This document shows positions 10,642-21,887 of a stretch of 64,000 nt of DNA, piece after piece. Position 1 is the stretch's first letter. Every line of letters begins with the position of its first letter. Made by a program: the position numbers and the translations under genes. This DNA is from a bacterium (GTDB lineage: Bacteria > SAR324 > NAC60-12). Below the pieces are notes generated by a model. It saw only the letters and a list, made by a program, of their open reading frames with translations, searched no databases and was not told where the DNA came from. The stretch covers positions 3,232,001-3,296,000 of the forward strand of contig OZ242383.1 of assembly GCA_965209155.1 (NCBI GenBank), read 5' to 3'.

Positions 10642-12821
10642 GCCGATTGCTGAAACGTCTACTCGAGGGTCGCTTCCGGATCGCGGCACAGCTATATGTG
10701 GGGATTGGTGGAGCCGTCATCCTTACCATTAGCGCGAGCCTGATTGGTTGGTTTTCCTTCAACCGGGTAGGTGACGCCCAGCACCTCGTGAACGAGGGCA
10801 GCGTACCTGAAATGGCGGCTGCATTCGGAGTCGCCCAGCAGAGCAGCGCCTTGGTGGCTGCCGCTCCTCGCTTGACTGCTGCGGCGACTCCGGAGGAATT
10901 TGAGGGTGTTGCGACCGAGATCTCGCAAAAACGGAGCATTTTTGAAGCGCAGTTGGCGACCCTGGTACACCAAGGTGGAGAAACAGAGCACTACAAGCGC
11001 ATTCGTTCCCAAGGTAACAAGTTGATATCAAATATTCAGGCTATTGAGGATTCGGTAGCCGAACGATTTGTACTGACAATGAGTAGCGAATCCCTGCGCT
11101 TGGAATTGGCTGAGATGCGAAACGAATTGATTGGAATTCTTGTTCCGGCCATTGACGACCAACTATTCTATGCCATGACCGGATACCGAAATCTTGGAGA
11201 AGCTCCAGTATTGAGAGAACTGCACTTCTCGGAGGAGGAATTCGACCACTACCGCCACCTTGTCGAATTGAAAGCAGATGTTACCATCGCAATCCAACTG
11301 CTTGCCAGCGCTTTCAATACATTGGATGCTCCTTTGATTGAACCCTTGCGGGAACGCTTCGAAGCTACTGCGCGCCGGATCAAGTGGAATCTGGCAGCAT
11401 TGGGAACCGATCCTTCGTACGAGCGAATCACCTCGGCCATAACCCAGTTGTTCCTGTTGGGTCTGGGAGAGCATGGAGGATTCGACTTGCGTGCTCGAGA
11501 ACTCGAATTGGCCGGACGCCAGCAAGATTTACTCTCCCGCAATCGTAGCTTGGCTATCGATTTAGTCGCTGAAGTCGAAGGTCTGGTGGCCTCAGCCCGC
11601 GTCAGCGCTCAAGACGCTACCCGCGCTTCTAACCAAGCCATCCTTACCGGACGCAGTTTGCTTCTCGTACTCAACGTGATCAGTATTATCGGAGCAGTGC
11701 TGATCGCCTACCTGTTCGTGGGCCGGGTGCTGCTGAGGCGTCTCGAACGACTCTCGAACAGCATGCGCCGTATGGCGGATGGCAACTTGGAGACCAAGAT
11801 CGATATCGGTGGACGGGACGAGGTTGCGGATATGGCCGCAGCCTTGGAAGTCTTTCGTCGCCATGCCCTCGAAGTCCAGCGCCTGAACCTGGTAGAGAAG
11901 CTGGCTGAAGAGCTCCAGGGTAAGAATTTCGAACTGGAAAAGGTATTGGCAGACTTGCGTCAGGCGCAAGACCAAATCGTCATGCGTGAGAAGCTGGCTG
12001 CGCTTGGCGAACTGACTGCGGGAGTTGCCCATGAGATACGAAATCCCCTGAATTTCGTAAAAAATTTCTCCGAAGTCTCGGGAGAATTGCTGGAAGAACT
12101 GCAGGAGACCCTCCCTGAAAGCAAGGAACAACTCAGCGAGGAGCAGCGAGAATTGATTGAAGAGATTTGTCAGGACCTCACTTCGAACTTTAAGCGCATC
12201 TGTGAACACGGTGACCGCGCCAATGCGATTGTGCAAAACATGCTCATGATGGGAAGAGGCTCCGGAGAATTGCAGCTTACCGACATCAACAGCCTGCTCG
12301 ATCAAAATACCAAACTCGCCTACCACAGTGCCCGTGCGACTGACCCGGACTTCAACCTGACCATCGAGATGGATTTGGATCCGGAAATTGGTAAGATTGA
12401 GGTCGTTCCGCAGGAAATGGGCCGTGTCTTCCTCAACATGGTAAGCAATGCCTGTTATGCCACTGACGAGAAAAGGCGTTCAGCCCAAACAGGAGTTGCG
12501 GATGTCGTGCGTTATTATCCGACACTTTCCTTGAAAACTCGTCGTTTGGAAAACCAAGTCGAAATTCACATACGAGACAATGGGAGCGGGATTCCTTCCG
12601 ATATTATCGAAAAAGTCTTCAACCCGTTCTTTACTACCAAGCCGACGGATCAAGGGACTGGGCTCGGGCTCGCGTTGTCCAACGACATAGTACGTGAACA
12701 CGGCGGTTCCATCCAGGTCCACTCCGAGACCGGCGAGTTTACCGAAATGGTTATTGAACTCCCCCGGGCAATGCCTTCGACCAAAGAGAAAGGAGAGACG
12801 GATTTTTCCGAATCTCCATAA
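10638..12821 (+). CDS. Membrane sensor histidine kinase with helical periplasmic domain and HAMP
   Basis: Two TM segments, GRDEVADMA HAMP, AHEIRNPLN H-box, FFTTKPTDQGTGLGL. Confidence 0.93.
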   Translation: MSRLLKRLLEGRFRIAAQLYVGIGGAVILTISASLIGWFSFNRVGDAQHLVNEGSVPEMAAAFGVAQQSSALVAAAPRLTAAATPEEFEGVATEISQKRSIFEAQLATLVHQGGETEHYKRIRSQGNKLISNIQAIEDSVAERFVLTMSSESLRLELAEMRNELIGILVPAIDDQLFYAMTGYRNLGEAPVLRELHFSEEEFDHYRHLVELKADVTIAIQLLASAFNTLDAPLIEPLRERFEATARRIKWNLAALGTDPSYERITSAITQLFLLGLGEHGGFDLRARELELAGRQQDLLSRNRSLAIDLVAEVEGLVASARVSAQDATRASNQAILTGRSLLLVLNVISIIGAVLIAYLFVGRVLLRRLERLSNSMRRMADGNLETKIDIGGRDEVADMAAALEVFRRHALEVQRLNLVEKLAEELQGKNFELEKVLADLRQAQDQIVMREKLAALGELTAGVAHEIRNPLNFVKNFSEVSGELLEELQETLPESKEQLSEEQRELIEEICQDLTSNFKRICEHGDRANAIVQNMLMMGRGSGELQLTDINSLLDQNTKLAYHSARATDPDFNLTIEMDLDPEIGKIEVVPQEMGRVFLNMVSNACYATDEKRRSAQTGVADVVRYYPTLSLKTRRLENQVEIHIRDNGSGIPSDIIEKVFNPFFTTKPTDQGTGLGLALSNDIVREHGGSIQVHSETGEFTEMVIELPRAMPSTKEKGETDFSESP

Positions 12822-12855
12822 TCAAGGAACCAGCAATTTTAATATCGGTCAGATT

Positions 12856-14388
12856 ATGTCTGAAGAGATCTTTACCAGACTCGGTAAACAAAAAATTTTG
12901 AACTACGTCTGCTGCATTCTTTTGTTTTCTGGCATGGTAAGCTGTGAAGTCAGGGGACAAACCCAGAATGCCGAGGCAAGTAGCCGCTCTGCTTTGAGTT
13001 CCAACACTCCAGAAAACGAAATCTCTCAGAATGACGAGATCATATTGCAACGGTTTCAAAATGCGGCCCAACATGGTGAGGTCCCTGCTCAATACAACAT
13101 GGGTCTGATTTACTATCATGGCCGTGGTGTTGCCCAAAATTTCAATATTGCTCTCCATTGGTTTCAACAAGCCGCCGGCAAAGAACATAAAGAAGCTCAA
13201 TTTTATATAGGGTACATGCATTATTACGGTAAAGGGACTCCACAGGATTATTCCCGTGCCGTGGAGTGGTTTTTCCATGCTGCCGAACAAGAACATGCCG
13301 CGGCTCAATATTACCTCGGATTTATGTATTATTTTGGTCGCGGCGTTGCTCAGAATTTCGCCGAAGCCTTCAATTGGTTTGAAAAATCAGCCCGTCAATT
13401 CCACCCGCCAGCTCAGTATTATCTGGGTTTGATGCATGAACGAGGAAAATATGTCGAGAAGGACATAGGAAAAGCAATCTCCTGGTATCAGAAGGCAGTG
13501 GATGCAGGTGATTTGAACGCAAAGCGCCGGCTTGCGAAGCTCGAAGAACAACTGGTCATGAATCAAACCTCAAAGACACCTGCCTCTTTGAATTCCATTG
13601 GTGAAAACCCGACTAATCGGGCCATTAAAGACACCGATCCACAGGGCTCCACCGTTGGTTTGCAAAATACAACAGGACCACATCCAGGGAAACAATCGTC
13701 ACGTATGGGGAGCCCGGCCCGATCGACCCCGCTATATCGTGGGACTACCCCGGTGTTTGTTTGTGACAGCGAGAAATGGGGCACTGCTCCAAAAAAGAAA
13801 AAAAATACAAAGCTACTTAAAGGGCAATGCAACGCGCTTCGCACTCAACGCGACTATTCCCATTGCGATTTCAGGGAATCCGATTTGTCCAGCTTGAATT
13901 TGAGAGGATCTTCCTTCAAAGGGGCCGATTTGAGCAAAGCCAACTTGCAAAAAAGCAATTTGGAGCAAGTGGATTTACAACACGGGTTGCTCACAAAAGC
14001 AAGTCTGCAAGGAGCGAACCTGGTTCGGGCGAATTTAAGCGGGGCCAATTTGCAAGGAGCGAACCTGGAAGGCGTGATTGCATGTCAAATCAATCTTGAT
14101 GGAGCTAAAGCCATGGGAGCTTTTCTCTACAGAGCCGATCTGCACGGCGCCAGTATGTTTCAGACGAATTTGAGCGGCGCTTTTCTGGTGCAGGCCAATC
14201 TGAACCGCGCTTCTTTGATATCAGCATTGCTTCGACAAGCCCGACTCCGTGGAGCGCGACTGCAGAACGCTTTGTTGCATGAAACAAATTTCAATGGCGC
14301 TTTAGGCATTCCGCAGTGGCTGCTTCCCCATTTAACGCGCGATGGGGAATTGCATTCCGATTCCCCGGCTTCCATCAACGTATGGTAA
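12856..14388 (+). CDS. Sel1-like repeat plus pentapeptide repeat protein (probable lipoprotein)
   Basis: AQYxLGxMYxxGxG repeats; C-terminal A(N/D)LxG pentapeptide repeats; start set at MSEEI. Confidence 0.85.
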   Translation: MSEEIFTRLGKQKILNYVCCILLFSGMVSCEVRGQTQNAEASSRSALSSNTPENEISQNDEIILQRFQNAAQHGEVPAQYNMGLIYYHGRGVAQNFNIALHWFQQAAGKEHKEAQFYIGYMHYYGKGTPQDYSRAVEWFFHAAEQEHAAAQYYLGFMYYFGRGVAQNFAEAFNWFEKSARQFHPPAQYYLGLMHERGKYVEKDIGKAISWYQKAVDAGDLNAKRRLAKLEEQLVMNQTSKTPASLNSIGENPTNRAIKDTDPQGSTVGLQNTTGPHPGKQSSRMGSPARSTPLYRGTTPVFVCDSEKWGTAPKKKKNTKLLKGQCNALRTQRDYSHCDFRESDLSSLNLRGSSFKGADLSKANLQKSNLEQVDLQHGLLTKASLQGANLVRANLSGANLQGANLEGVIACQINLDGAKAMGAFLYRADLHGASMFQTNLSGAFLVQANLNRASLISALLRQARLRGARLQNALLHETNFNGALGIPQWLLPHLTRDGELHSDSPASINVW

Positions 14389-14459
14389 ATCGGTTTAGCT
14401 CGAAAGGGATTCAAAAAGTAATCTAATACATGAACGATTAAAGAAATGGGAGACCATCG

Positions 14460-14870
14460 ATGAATGTTTTCGAATTCCGTGAAAAGCTCATTTCAGAATA
14501 TAAACGTTTCTCTAGAAGCTTCACCTAGATCCGCGCTGAAGATATCCGCCATGCCGTCGAGCAAGTATACTCAAGTGGTCGTTTCTGGCCCGCTCCAATC
14601 ATTCAATTGAATCCGAATTTCGCAACGGGTGGAACCATTGATGAGCTTGTGTCAAACGGGACCCTTGATGCAGAATGTGCGAAAATCTTCCGGATCAAAA
14701 ACTCAACCGACACTTTTGGTAAGCCCTTCGAGTTACACCGACACCAATCCGAGGCCATCGACCTGGCCCAACAAGGTGAGAGTTATGTACTGACGACAGG
14801 GACAGGGTCCGGTAAATCACTCAGCTACTTCATCCCGGTCGTCAACGACGTATTGCGTCGGAGGAGATAG
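14460..14870 (+). pseudogene. N-terminal remnant of a large DEAD/DEAH-box helicase
   Basis: MNVFEFREKLISEY start, in-frame TAG at 14526, Q motif LHRHQSEAI and Walker A TTGTGSGKS, then abrupt end. Confidence 0.8.
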
Positions 14871-15497
14871 TGCAAATTTTTTTGTGTGAATTTATAAGCC
14901 ATTGATTGGCTTGAAGAAGGGTAAATTCTTTTGTAAATATTCGCCGTTTGTTTTTATTTTCATAATGGCCCCCGTTTATCACTTGAGTTACTGGCTATTC
15001 AGGTGTGAAAAAGTGCGTTATAATACTAGGTACCTGCCCGCGGGTTTTGTGTATTTGCTTGTGACCGGATTGACAATTTGGCTTCTTTTGTTGAAATATG
15101 AAAACTAAAGCAGGAAAGGTAAAGAATGAGTAAAGAAGAAGTAGAAAAAATGTTAAACGAAGTTCATCAAGTGATTAACGATTCCGGCTAAATTCGACCC
15201 AACAGGGAATTTGAAAGGACTAGTTTGCTTTTACTTCAACTTCACGAATTGCGACAGATTCGAAATCTGTTGAAAGATATGGCTACAAAAAAAGAATGAA
15301 TATTTGATCCGATTTAGGGTGGGGTTGGGGCGCGACTGCGCTTGAATTTTCGATTGTTGACTCGATGCCCTTCACTGATTATTCATAAGGGCCAGTTTCA
15401 ACATATCCATACTTTCAAGCACTTCCATTTTGGCCCTGCCCAAGAGCACAAAAAAGATCTGGCGGGTTACAGACTTATAAGCAATAAGGAGTAAAAC

Positions 15498-15734
15498 ATG
15501 GATGCGACAATTAGTAAAAACGATTTAGACGCCCTTGAAAAAGTGGTAAATGCAAGATTTGAAACAATGAACACGAAATTTGAAAACGTGAACACGAAAT
15601 TTGAAAACGTGTATACTCAAATTGATAATCTTGAAAAATCTATACAGACTAATAATCGCTGGATTATTACCATGGTTCTTATTTTTGTTTCAATCGCAAC
15701 GGCGTTTATCAAATACTTTCCGGGGGGTGTTTAG
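15498..15734 (+). CDS. Small coiled-coil protein with C-terminal TM helix (DUF1640/Bdr-like)
   Basis: AAGGAG RBS; heptad NTKFENV x2 from a 21-bp tandem repeat; hydrophobic C-terminus. Confidence 0.65.
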   Translation: MDATISKNDLDALEKVVNARFETMNTKFENVNTKFENVYTQIDNLEKSIQTNNRWIITMVLIFVSIATAFIKYFPGGV

Positions 15735-16152
15735 GAATGAATTTTTGAGACTGTCCGCCAGACCGGATTTGTGTACCAAATGGCAATTTTGCCAAGTTCT
15801 GTCCGAACGGTACATGGTGAACCCGGTGATGTCTATACCTGGAGGTTAAAAGGTGTGAAGAAAAAAGTAGACGGGTATTGCCGCGAGGTTCCGCGATGAG
15901 TCCATTTTCTCCGAAAATGGCCGGGCGAATGAACCCCGCCCTCTTCCCGAGTAAGCCGTTGGTCCCTGAACGTCACCGGGTTTCCTTTCAATAAGGCAAC
16001 CCGTCCGTATGGAAATTTTATACGATATTTTTTTTGGTTGTAACAACCGCTGCCGTCATGGGCGGGATGTTCTAAATTGGGGCGCTGGGTTCATATCTAT
16101 CTCAATCAAAAAATAGAAGATATGAAGACTTCCGATCATTGTCACCCGGTTG

Positions 16153-16344
16153 CTATGTTATCTTGGCAATACTAGCTTTTATTTTTGTTTTGTTTTTCAT
16201 GCCGACCTCGATTCGTTTTTTGTGGTAGTTGTGGCAGGTGAGACAGAGAGGCTGCCAATTGTTTTTTTCCCAGAAAAGATTGCTGTCATTTTTGTGCGGG
16301 ATTTTATAATCGACGATGGTAGCCTTTATTGCACTTCCCAACAC
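16153..16344 (-). pseudogene. Phage-type HNH endonuclease remnant
   Basis: ATIVDYKIPHK..LFWEKNNWQPLCLTCHN resembles terminase-associated HNH proteins; the DH His is replaced by Tyr and the N-terminus is missing. Confidence 0.7.
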
Positions 16345-16378
16345 TGAAGAGGGAGACTATCCGACTTCAGGTTGAATA

Positions 16379-17599
16379 TTAAATTAGTTGAGACTGGACG
16401 GGTTTGTTTCTTTCCAACCGCTGGAACAATTTGGCCAGTTGTTCCAGACTTTCCAAATTGTGAACTGGCAGAAAATCATCAATATAGGGAAGCGCCGCTT
16501 TCATACCGCGGGTGAGGGGTTCGTAGTTGGCAGACCCCAGGAGAGGATTGAGCCATATCAATCGATGAGATGTGAGTTGCAAACGACTCAGTTCATGCCC
16601 GAGTACCAGAGGATCGCCTCGATCCCAGCCATCACTGATAACCAGCACTACCGCGCCTTGTCCCAACACGCGACGCCCCCATCGAAAATTGAAAGTTTTT
16701 AACACTTCACCAATCCGTGTCCCCCCTGCCCAGTCATGAATTGAAGCAGTGGCATGTTCCAAGGCTTCATCGATATCTCGACCCCGAAGTTGATGGGTAA
16801 TCCGTGTCAGTCGAGTACTGAAAACAAACGCCTCCACGTGCTCCGGACCATTGCTGAGCGCATAAATGAACTTGAGAAGAACCCGGGAGTAACGCTCCAT
16901 GGAACCACTGATGTCACAGATCGCCACAAGGGGTCGGCACTTCAATTTACGATCGCGCCACATCAAGCGAAGTGTTTCTCCCCCATAACGAAGGTTTTGT
17001 CGGAAGCCACGACGCAAGTCCAGGTAAATCTTGCGTGTTGCTCGAGTTTTTCGTCGTGTGCGTCGAAGCTCCAGGTTCCAGTTCATAGATTGAATCAACT
17101 GTTTGATTTCCTGAAGTTCTGCTGGAGTGAGTTCTGCAAAATCTTTTTTACGCAACACTTCTCTTGTACTGTAAGTTTGTATAGTGTCAAAAAAGGGTTC
17201 GCTGGATTCACGTTCAGGGCTTTTTCGCTCTTCATCGTTCAGCGGAGCAAACTCAACTATTTGATGCTGTTCAGGCGTTTGCAGTGATAGCTTCCCCAGG
17301 TCCGGATCAATCAGTCTTTCCTCGTCGCGGGCTTGCCAGAACAAGTCGAATGCAAGGTCAAAGAGAGGCAAATGGACGTGTTTGTTTATGAGGAGAGCAC
17401 GGGCGCTGTTTTTAAAATCCTCTCGGGAGTGCAGCTTGACATACTTCAATGCTTCTACCATATCCAAGATCTGCGTGAGAGTGACAGCTACACCCAAGCC
17501 ACGCAACAAGCGTCCAAATAAGAGGAGGTTTCGGAGAAAATATCCCTGTTCGATTTTCCCATGTCTTTCTGAGTCGATTGTTCGAGAACCTTCATTCAT
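16379..17599 (-). CDS. coxE: CoxE-like VWA domain protein
   Basis: DISGSMERY MIDAS, WAGGTRIG, SDGWDRG, WLNPL. Confidence 0.88.
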   Translation of the reverse strand: MNEGSRTIDSERHGKIEQGYFLRNLLLFGRLLRGLGVAVTLTQILDMVEALKYVKLHSREDFKNSARALLINKHVHLPLFDLAFDLFWQARDEERLIDPDLGKLSLQTPEQHQIVEFAPLNDEERKSPERESSEPFFDTIQTYSTREVLRKKDFAELTPAELQEIKQLIQSMNWNLELRRTRRKTRATRKIYLDLRRGFRQNLRYGGETLRLMWRDRKLKCRPLVAICDISGSMERYSRVLLKFIYALSNGPEHVEAFVFSTRLTRITHQLRGRDIDEALEHATASIHDWAGGTRIGEVLKTFNFRWGRRVLGQGAVVLVISDGWDRGDPLVLGHELSRLQLTSHRLIWLNPLLGSANYEPLTRGMKAALPYIDDFLPVHNLESLEQLAKLFQRLERNKPVQSQLI

Positions 17600-18513
17600 G
17601 GTTTCTTTGCACTACAATCGCCCCCTCCCATGATCTCTTGGACAAGGGATCCTTGGGTTTGTAGGATGTCGTCCTGATATTTGAGCAATACTCCCAATGT
17701 ATCGTTGACCACCTCTTCGCTGAGATCTTTCCGATCCAATGCCACCAGCGCAGTGATCCAATCCAGCGTTTCCGCTATTCCAGGCAGTTTATACAGTTCC
17801 ACTTGTCTCAATTTCTGAACAAAGACCACAACTTCTTTCGCCAGTCGTTGTGGAACGTCCGGAACTTTAGCCAGGACGATGTCGTATTCTTTTTCAAAGG
17901 AAGGATAGCCGATCCAATGGTACAGACAACGTCGTTTCAGGGCGTCATGAATTTCACGTGTCCGATTGGAAGTGATGACCACCACTGGAGGTTTTTCGGC
18001 CTTGAGTGTACCGATTTCTGGAATCGTGACCTGGTAATCCGACAAGATTTCCAAAAGAAATGCTTCAAATTCTTCATCAGCGCGATCCAATTCATCTATC
18101 AGTAAAACCGGTTCCAGGCCATTGACAGGTTCGATGGCTTGCAGAAGTGGACGCTTGAGCAAAAAATCAGGTCCAAAAATTTTATCGAGCGCTTGTTCCT
18201 GGCTGCTCCCTCCTGTTGCCTCCAAGAGTCGGATTTCAAGCATTTGGCGCGTATAATTCCACTCGTAAACGGCCGTGTTGACATCCAACCCTTCATAACA
18301 TTGTAATCGAATCAATACGCGTCCGAGCATTGTTGCAAGGACTTTGGCAATTTCCGTTTTTCCAACACCGGCTTCTCCTTCCAGAAAAATGGGCTTCCCC
18401 AGCTTCAAAGCCAGATAAATGGATGTCGTCAGACTGCGATCTGACACGTAGTTTTGTCCTTGCAACAATCGTTGCACCTGATCGATGGACTCGAAGTGAT
18501 GCTCAAGGGTCAA
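17596..18513 (-). CDS. coxD: CoxD-like MoxR AAA+ ATPase
   Basis: GEAGVGKT, LQCYEGLD, LLIDELDR, SNRTREIHDALKRRC. Confidence 0.9.
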   Translation of the reverse strand: MTLEHHFESIDQVQRLLQGQNYVSDRSLTTSIYLALKLGKPIFLEGEAGVGKTEIAKVLATMLGRVLIRLQCYEGLDVNTAVYEWNYTRQMLEIRLLEATGGSSQEQALDKIFGPDFLLKRPLLQAIEPVNGLEPVLLIDELDRADEEFEAFLLEILSDYQVTIPEIGTLKAEKPPVVVITSNRTREIHDALKRRCLYHWIGYPSFEKEYDIVLAKVPDVPQRLAKEVVVFVQKLRQVELYKLPGIAETLDWITALVALDRKDLSEEVVNDTLGVLLKYQDDILQTQGSLVQEIMGGGDCSAKKP

Positions 18514-18668
18514 AGGATTCCTCCACGGTATTGATTATTGATCGATTGAGAACCCTGCCACAATATTGTTGAATCAATCCCTCGGGAACCCTTTGCCTTC
18601 CGCCACGCTTCCAGCCAGATCAGAATGTCACGCATCAGAACAGGTGCGCATAAAATCATAATTGTGAA

Positions 18669-19523
18669 TCATGCTCGATCCGCGGCAGTGCTCAATGCCC
18701 GTTTGACATAGACCTTGATCATGGCTTTGCGATAATCGGCACTGGCGTGAAAATCGCCAATGGTATCATCACCCAGGTCATTCAACACTGAATCAGCCGC
18801 TGCTGCAATATTTTCCTCGCTCAAGGACTTGCCGGTCAGGGATTCCGCCACCGACGGAGCTTTTTTTGCTGATGCGGTCAACCCTCCAACTGCGACGCTG
18901 GCGGAACCGCAAAGTCCTGCGGATGCGGTTACAACCGCTGCTGCGCCCACAATGGCATATCCCGAAGCAGGATGAAACATCTTGGCATAAGCAGAACCGG
19001 TACCGTTATCGTGAGAGAGCACCGAAATTCCCGTAATCAATTCATCTTCCTGCAGAGAGGTCTCAAAAAGATCGACAAAAAAATCACATGCACTCACAGA
19101 TCTTTCACCCGCCATTCCCCGGATATGTATGGTTGCGTTCAATGCCGTCAATACAGTCGGCCAATCGGAAGCCGGATCGGCATGAGCAATATTCCCTCCG
19201 ATAGTGCCTCGGTTGCGAACTTGCGGATCGCCAATGGTACCCGCAGCTTCGGACATCCCCGTCGGTACCAAACCAGATCGGGCCACTTCGACATGGGGTG
19301 TCAGGGCTCCAATATGGACACTTCCATCACGAGTGGAAATCCCCCGTAATTCGGCAATGCGCCCGATATCAATCAGCACGCCTGCATCTGCCAATCGTAG
19401 CTTCATCACAGGAATCAAACTGTGACCACCTGCCAAAAACTTGGCGCTTTCGTGTTGCTGCATCAACGAAAGGGCTTCTGTTACGGATCCGGCACGGTAA
19501 TAATCAAATTTTGCTGGATACAT
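18669..19523 (-). CDS. coxM: Molybdenum hydroxylase / CO dehydrogenase FAD subunit
   Basis: AGGHSLIP, QVRNRGTIGGNIAHADP. Confidence 0.9.
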   Translation of the reverse strand: MYPAKFDYYRAGSVTEALSLMQQHESAKFLAGGHSLIPVMKLRLADAGVLIDIGRIAELRGISTRDGSVHIGALTPHVEVARSGLVPTGMSEAAGTIGDPQVRNRGTIGGNIAHADPASDWPTVLTALNATIHIRGMAGERSVSACDFFVDLFETSLQEDELITGISVLSHDNGTGSAYAKMFHPASGYAIVGAAAVVTASAGLCGSASVAVGGLTASAKKAPSVAESLTGKSLSEENIAAAADSVLNDLGDDTIGDFHASADYRKAMIKVYVKRALSTAADRA

Positions 19524-19535
19524 ATCACACCTCCT

Positions 19536-21887
19536 TTAATTTCCACTGTTATGAATTGCGTTCCAAATTCGTTCGGCAGTCAATGGCAGATCCACGTGCT
19601 TGATTCCCAATGGCGCTAAAGCATCCATCACTGCGTTGGCAATAGCGGGTGTCGAGGCAATGGTTCCCATTTCTCCGACACCTTTGACCCCCAATGGATT
19701 GTGAGGAGAGGGAGTTTCCGTCCGATCGACTTTGTAACTGACCAATCCACTCGCCTTGGGCATTGCGTAATCCATCAAAGAGCCGGAAAGCAATTGACCC
19801 TCCTTATCATAAACGGCATGCTCCCACAAGGCTTGACCGACTCCTTGGGCAATACCACCCTGAATTTGACCTTTTACGATCAATGGATTGATTGCTTTGC
19901 CGACATCATCGACAGCAGTGTAATCTTTCAGCGTCACTGCTCCGGTATCTCGATCCACCTCAACCATGCTGACGTGTACGCTATTGGGAAAGACAAAATT
20001 TTCAGGATCATAAAAACTGGTCTCTTCCAAACCTGGTTCCATACCTTCAGGAAGCTCATGCGCCGTGAGTGTCGCAAAGGCGATCTCGCCAAAAGCTTTT
20101 GACCTGTCAGGAGCACCTTTCACGTATATGGTGCCGTTGTCTTGATCATAGACCATGTCTTCCACAGCCGCTTCCAACTGATGAGCGGCGATTTGAGTCA
20201 CTTTCTCGCGAATTTTCTCGGCACTCTTGACGAGGGCCGCGGCTCCGACGTTGCTGCGGCTTCCATAAGTACCCAATCCAAAAGACGTACGACCCGTATC
20301 ACCGTGGATCACTTCAATATCTTCCATGGGAATACCCAATTGATCGGCGACCACTTGAGAGAAAGTCGTTTCGTGTCCTTGACCATGGCTATGATTTCCC
20401 GTGAACACACTGACCTTGCCTGTAGGGTGAACCCGAATGGAGCCACTTTCCCACAGTCCAACTCCTGCTCCCAAACCAATAACGGCTTTCGACGGAGCAA
20501 CTCCGCAAGCTTCAATACAGGAACTGATACCAATTCCCACCAATTTGCCTTCACTACGTCCCCTTCTCTGGGTTTCTCGCATCGCATTATAACAGGACAC
20601 CTCTTCCGCTTTATCAAACAGCCCGGGATAATTCCCACTATCATAGACGAGAGCAACAGGTGTTTGGTAAGGAAATTCATTTGGTTGGATGAGATTTTTA
20701 CGACGAATCTCCATCGGGTCCATATTCAGTTCCCGGGCGGCAATACTGACTAAACGCTCCAACATGTAGCTGGCTTCGGGCCGTCCAGCTCCTCTATACG
20801 CATCCACAGGGGTGGTGTTGGTCATGGTGCCATATGTCTCACCAAAAATCGCAGGCGTTTTATATAATCCCGCGAATAGCGTAATATAAAGCGCTGATGG
20901 AATCATCGGTGCAAAGAGGGAAAGATAACCCCCCATATTTGCGTAATTGCTCACTTTCAACCCCGTAAAAGTACCATCACTTTTAACAGAGAGCCTGGCG
21001 TTCGTGATATGGTCCCGACCATGCGCATCCGAAACAAACGATTCGCTGCGTAGGGCCACCCACTTGACAGGGCGGTTTATCGACCGAGCAGCCCAGGGAA
21101 TGATTACTTCTTCCGGATAATGAAAGATTTTACTGCCAAACCCTCCCCCCACGTCGGGTGATATAACCCGTAGTTTATTTTCAGGGATAAAGAGCGTGTA
21201 AGCGCTCATCAATATACGGATCACATGAGGATTCTGGGAGGTGGTCCAGACCGTCATTTCGTCACTGAAATCATCCCATTGAGCTGCTACGGCTCGAGGT
21301 TCCATTGCATTGGGGATGAGACGCTGGTTGATTAAATCGAGTTCGATCACTTTGTGCGCTTCAGCCATGGCTTTGTCTGTGGCGTCCTTATCTCCCAAAG
21401 CCCAGTAGAAACTGGTGTTGTTGGCGACGTCATCATGAAGTTGAGGGGCGTCATCCGCCACCGCTTCTTTGGCATCCACCACGGTATCGAGTACCTCGTA
21501 ATCCACGTTGACGCAATCCAGCGCATCTTGCGCAACGTATCGGGATTCCGCAATGACTACCGCCACTGGTTGACCAACGTAACGCACTTTGTCCGTGGCC
21601 AATGCAGGGTAAACAGGCATTTTAATGTCCGGAGGAGCAAAACCACACGGGAGAGAGCCAACACCAGCATCCACCAGGTCTTGCCCGGTAAAAACGGCAA
21701 CCACGCCTTGCAATTGCCTGGCTTCGGCCACATCAATCCCTAGTATTTTCGCATGGGCATGCGGGCTACGCAAGATTGCGGCAAACGTCATTCCGTGGAT
21801 GTTTAAATTGGCAACATACCGACCTCGTCCCATCATGAATCTCGGGTCTTCGACCCTTCTTACTTCTTGACCTAAATATTTTCCCAT
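19536..21887 (-). CDS. coxL: CO dehydrogenase-like large subunit, form II
   Basis: AYRGAGR active-site motif, GGGFGSK, GQGHET, KGVGE. Confidence 0.9.
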   Translation of the reverse strand: MGKYLGQEVRRVEDPRFMMGRGRYVANLNIHGMTFAAILRSPHAHAKILGIDVAEARQLQGVVAVFTGQDLVDAGVGSLPCGFAPPDIKMPVYPALATDKVRYVGQPVAVVIAESRYVAQDALDCVNVDYEVLDTVVDAKEAVADDAPQLHDDVANNTSFYWALGDKDATDKAMAEAHKVIELDLINQRLIPNAMEPRAVAAQWDDFSDEMTVWTTSQNPHVIRILMSAYTLFIPENKLRVISPDVGGGFGSKIFHYPEEVIIPWAARSINRPVKWVALRSESFVSDAHGRDHITNARLSVKSDGTFTGLKVSNYANMGGYLSLFAPMIPSALYITLFAGLYKTPAIFGETYGTMTNTTPVDAYRGAGRPEASYMLERLVSIAARELNMDPMEIRRKNLIQPNEFPYQTPVALVYDSGNYPGLFDKAEEVSCYNAMRETQRRGRSEGKLVGIGISSCIEACGVAPSKAVIGLGAGVGLWESGSIRVHPTGKVSVFTGNHSHGQGHETTFSQVVADQLGIPMEDIEVIHGDTGRTSFGLGTYGSRSNVGAAALVKSAEKIREKVTQIAAHQLEAAVEDMVYDQDNGTIYVKGAPDRSKAFGEIAFATLTAHELPEGMEPGLEETSFYDPENFVFPNSVHVSMVEVDRDTGAVTLKDYTAVDDVGKAINPLIVKGQIQGGIAQGVGQALWEHAVYDKEGQLLSGSLMDYAMPKASGLVSYKVDRTETPSPHNPLGVKGVGEMGTIASTPAIANAVMDALAPLGIKHVDLPLTAERIWNAIHNSGN

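Noticed and set aside
11592..12326. Long antisense ORFs (also 53485-54168, 5740-6357, 56559-57173)
   Set aside because: Shadows of well-supported genes on the opposite strand with no recognisable motifs
15820..16050. Phage cos site downstream of the HNH remnant
   Set aside because: Position is suggestive but there is no recognisable cos sequence or terminase gene
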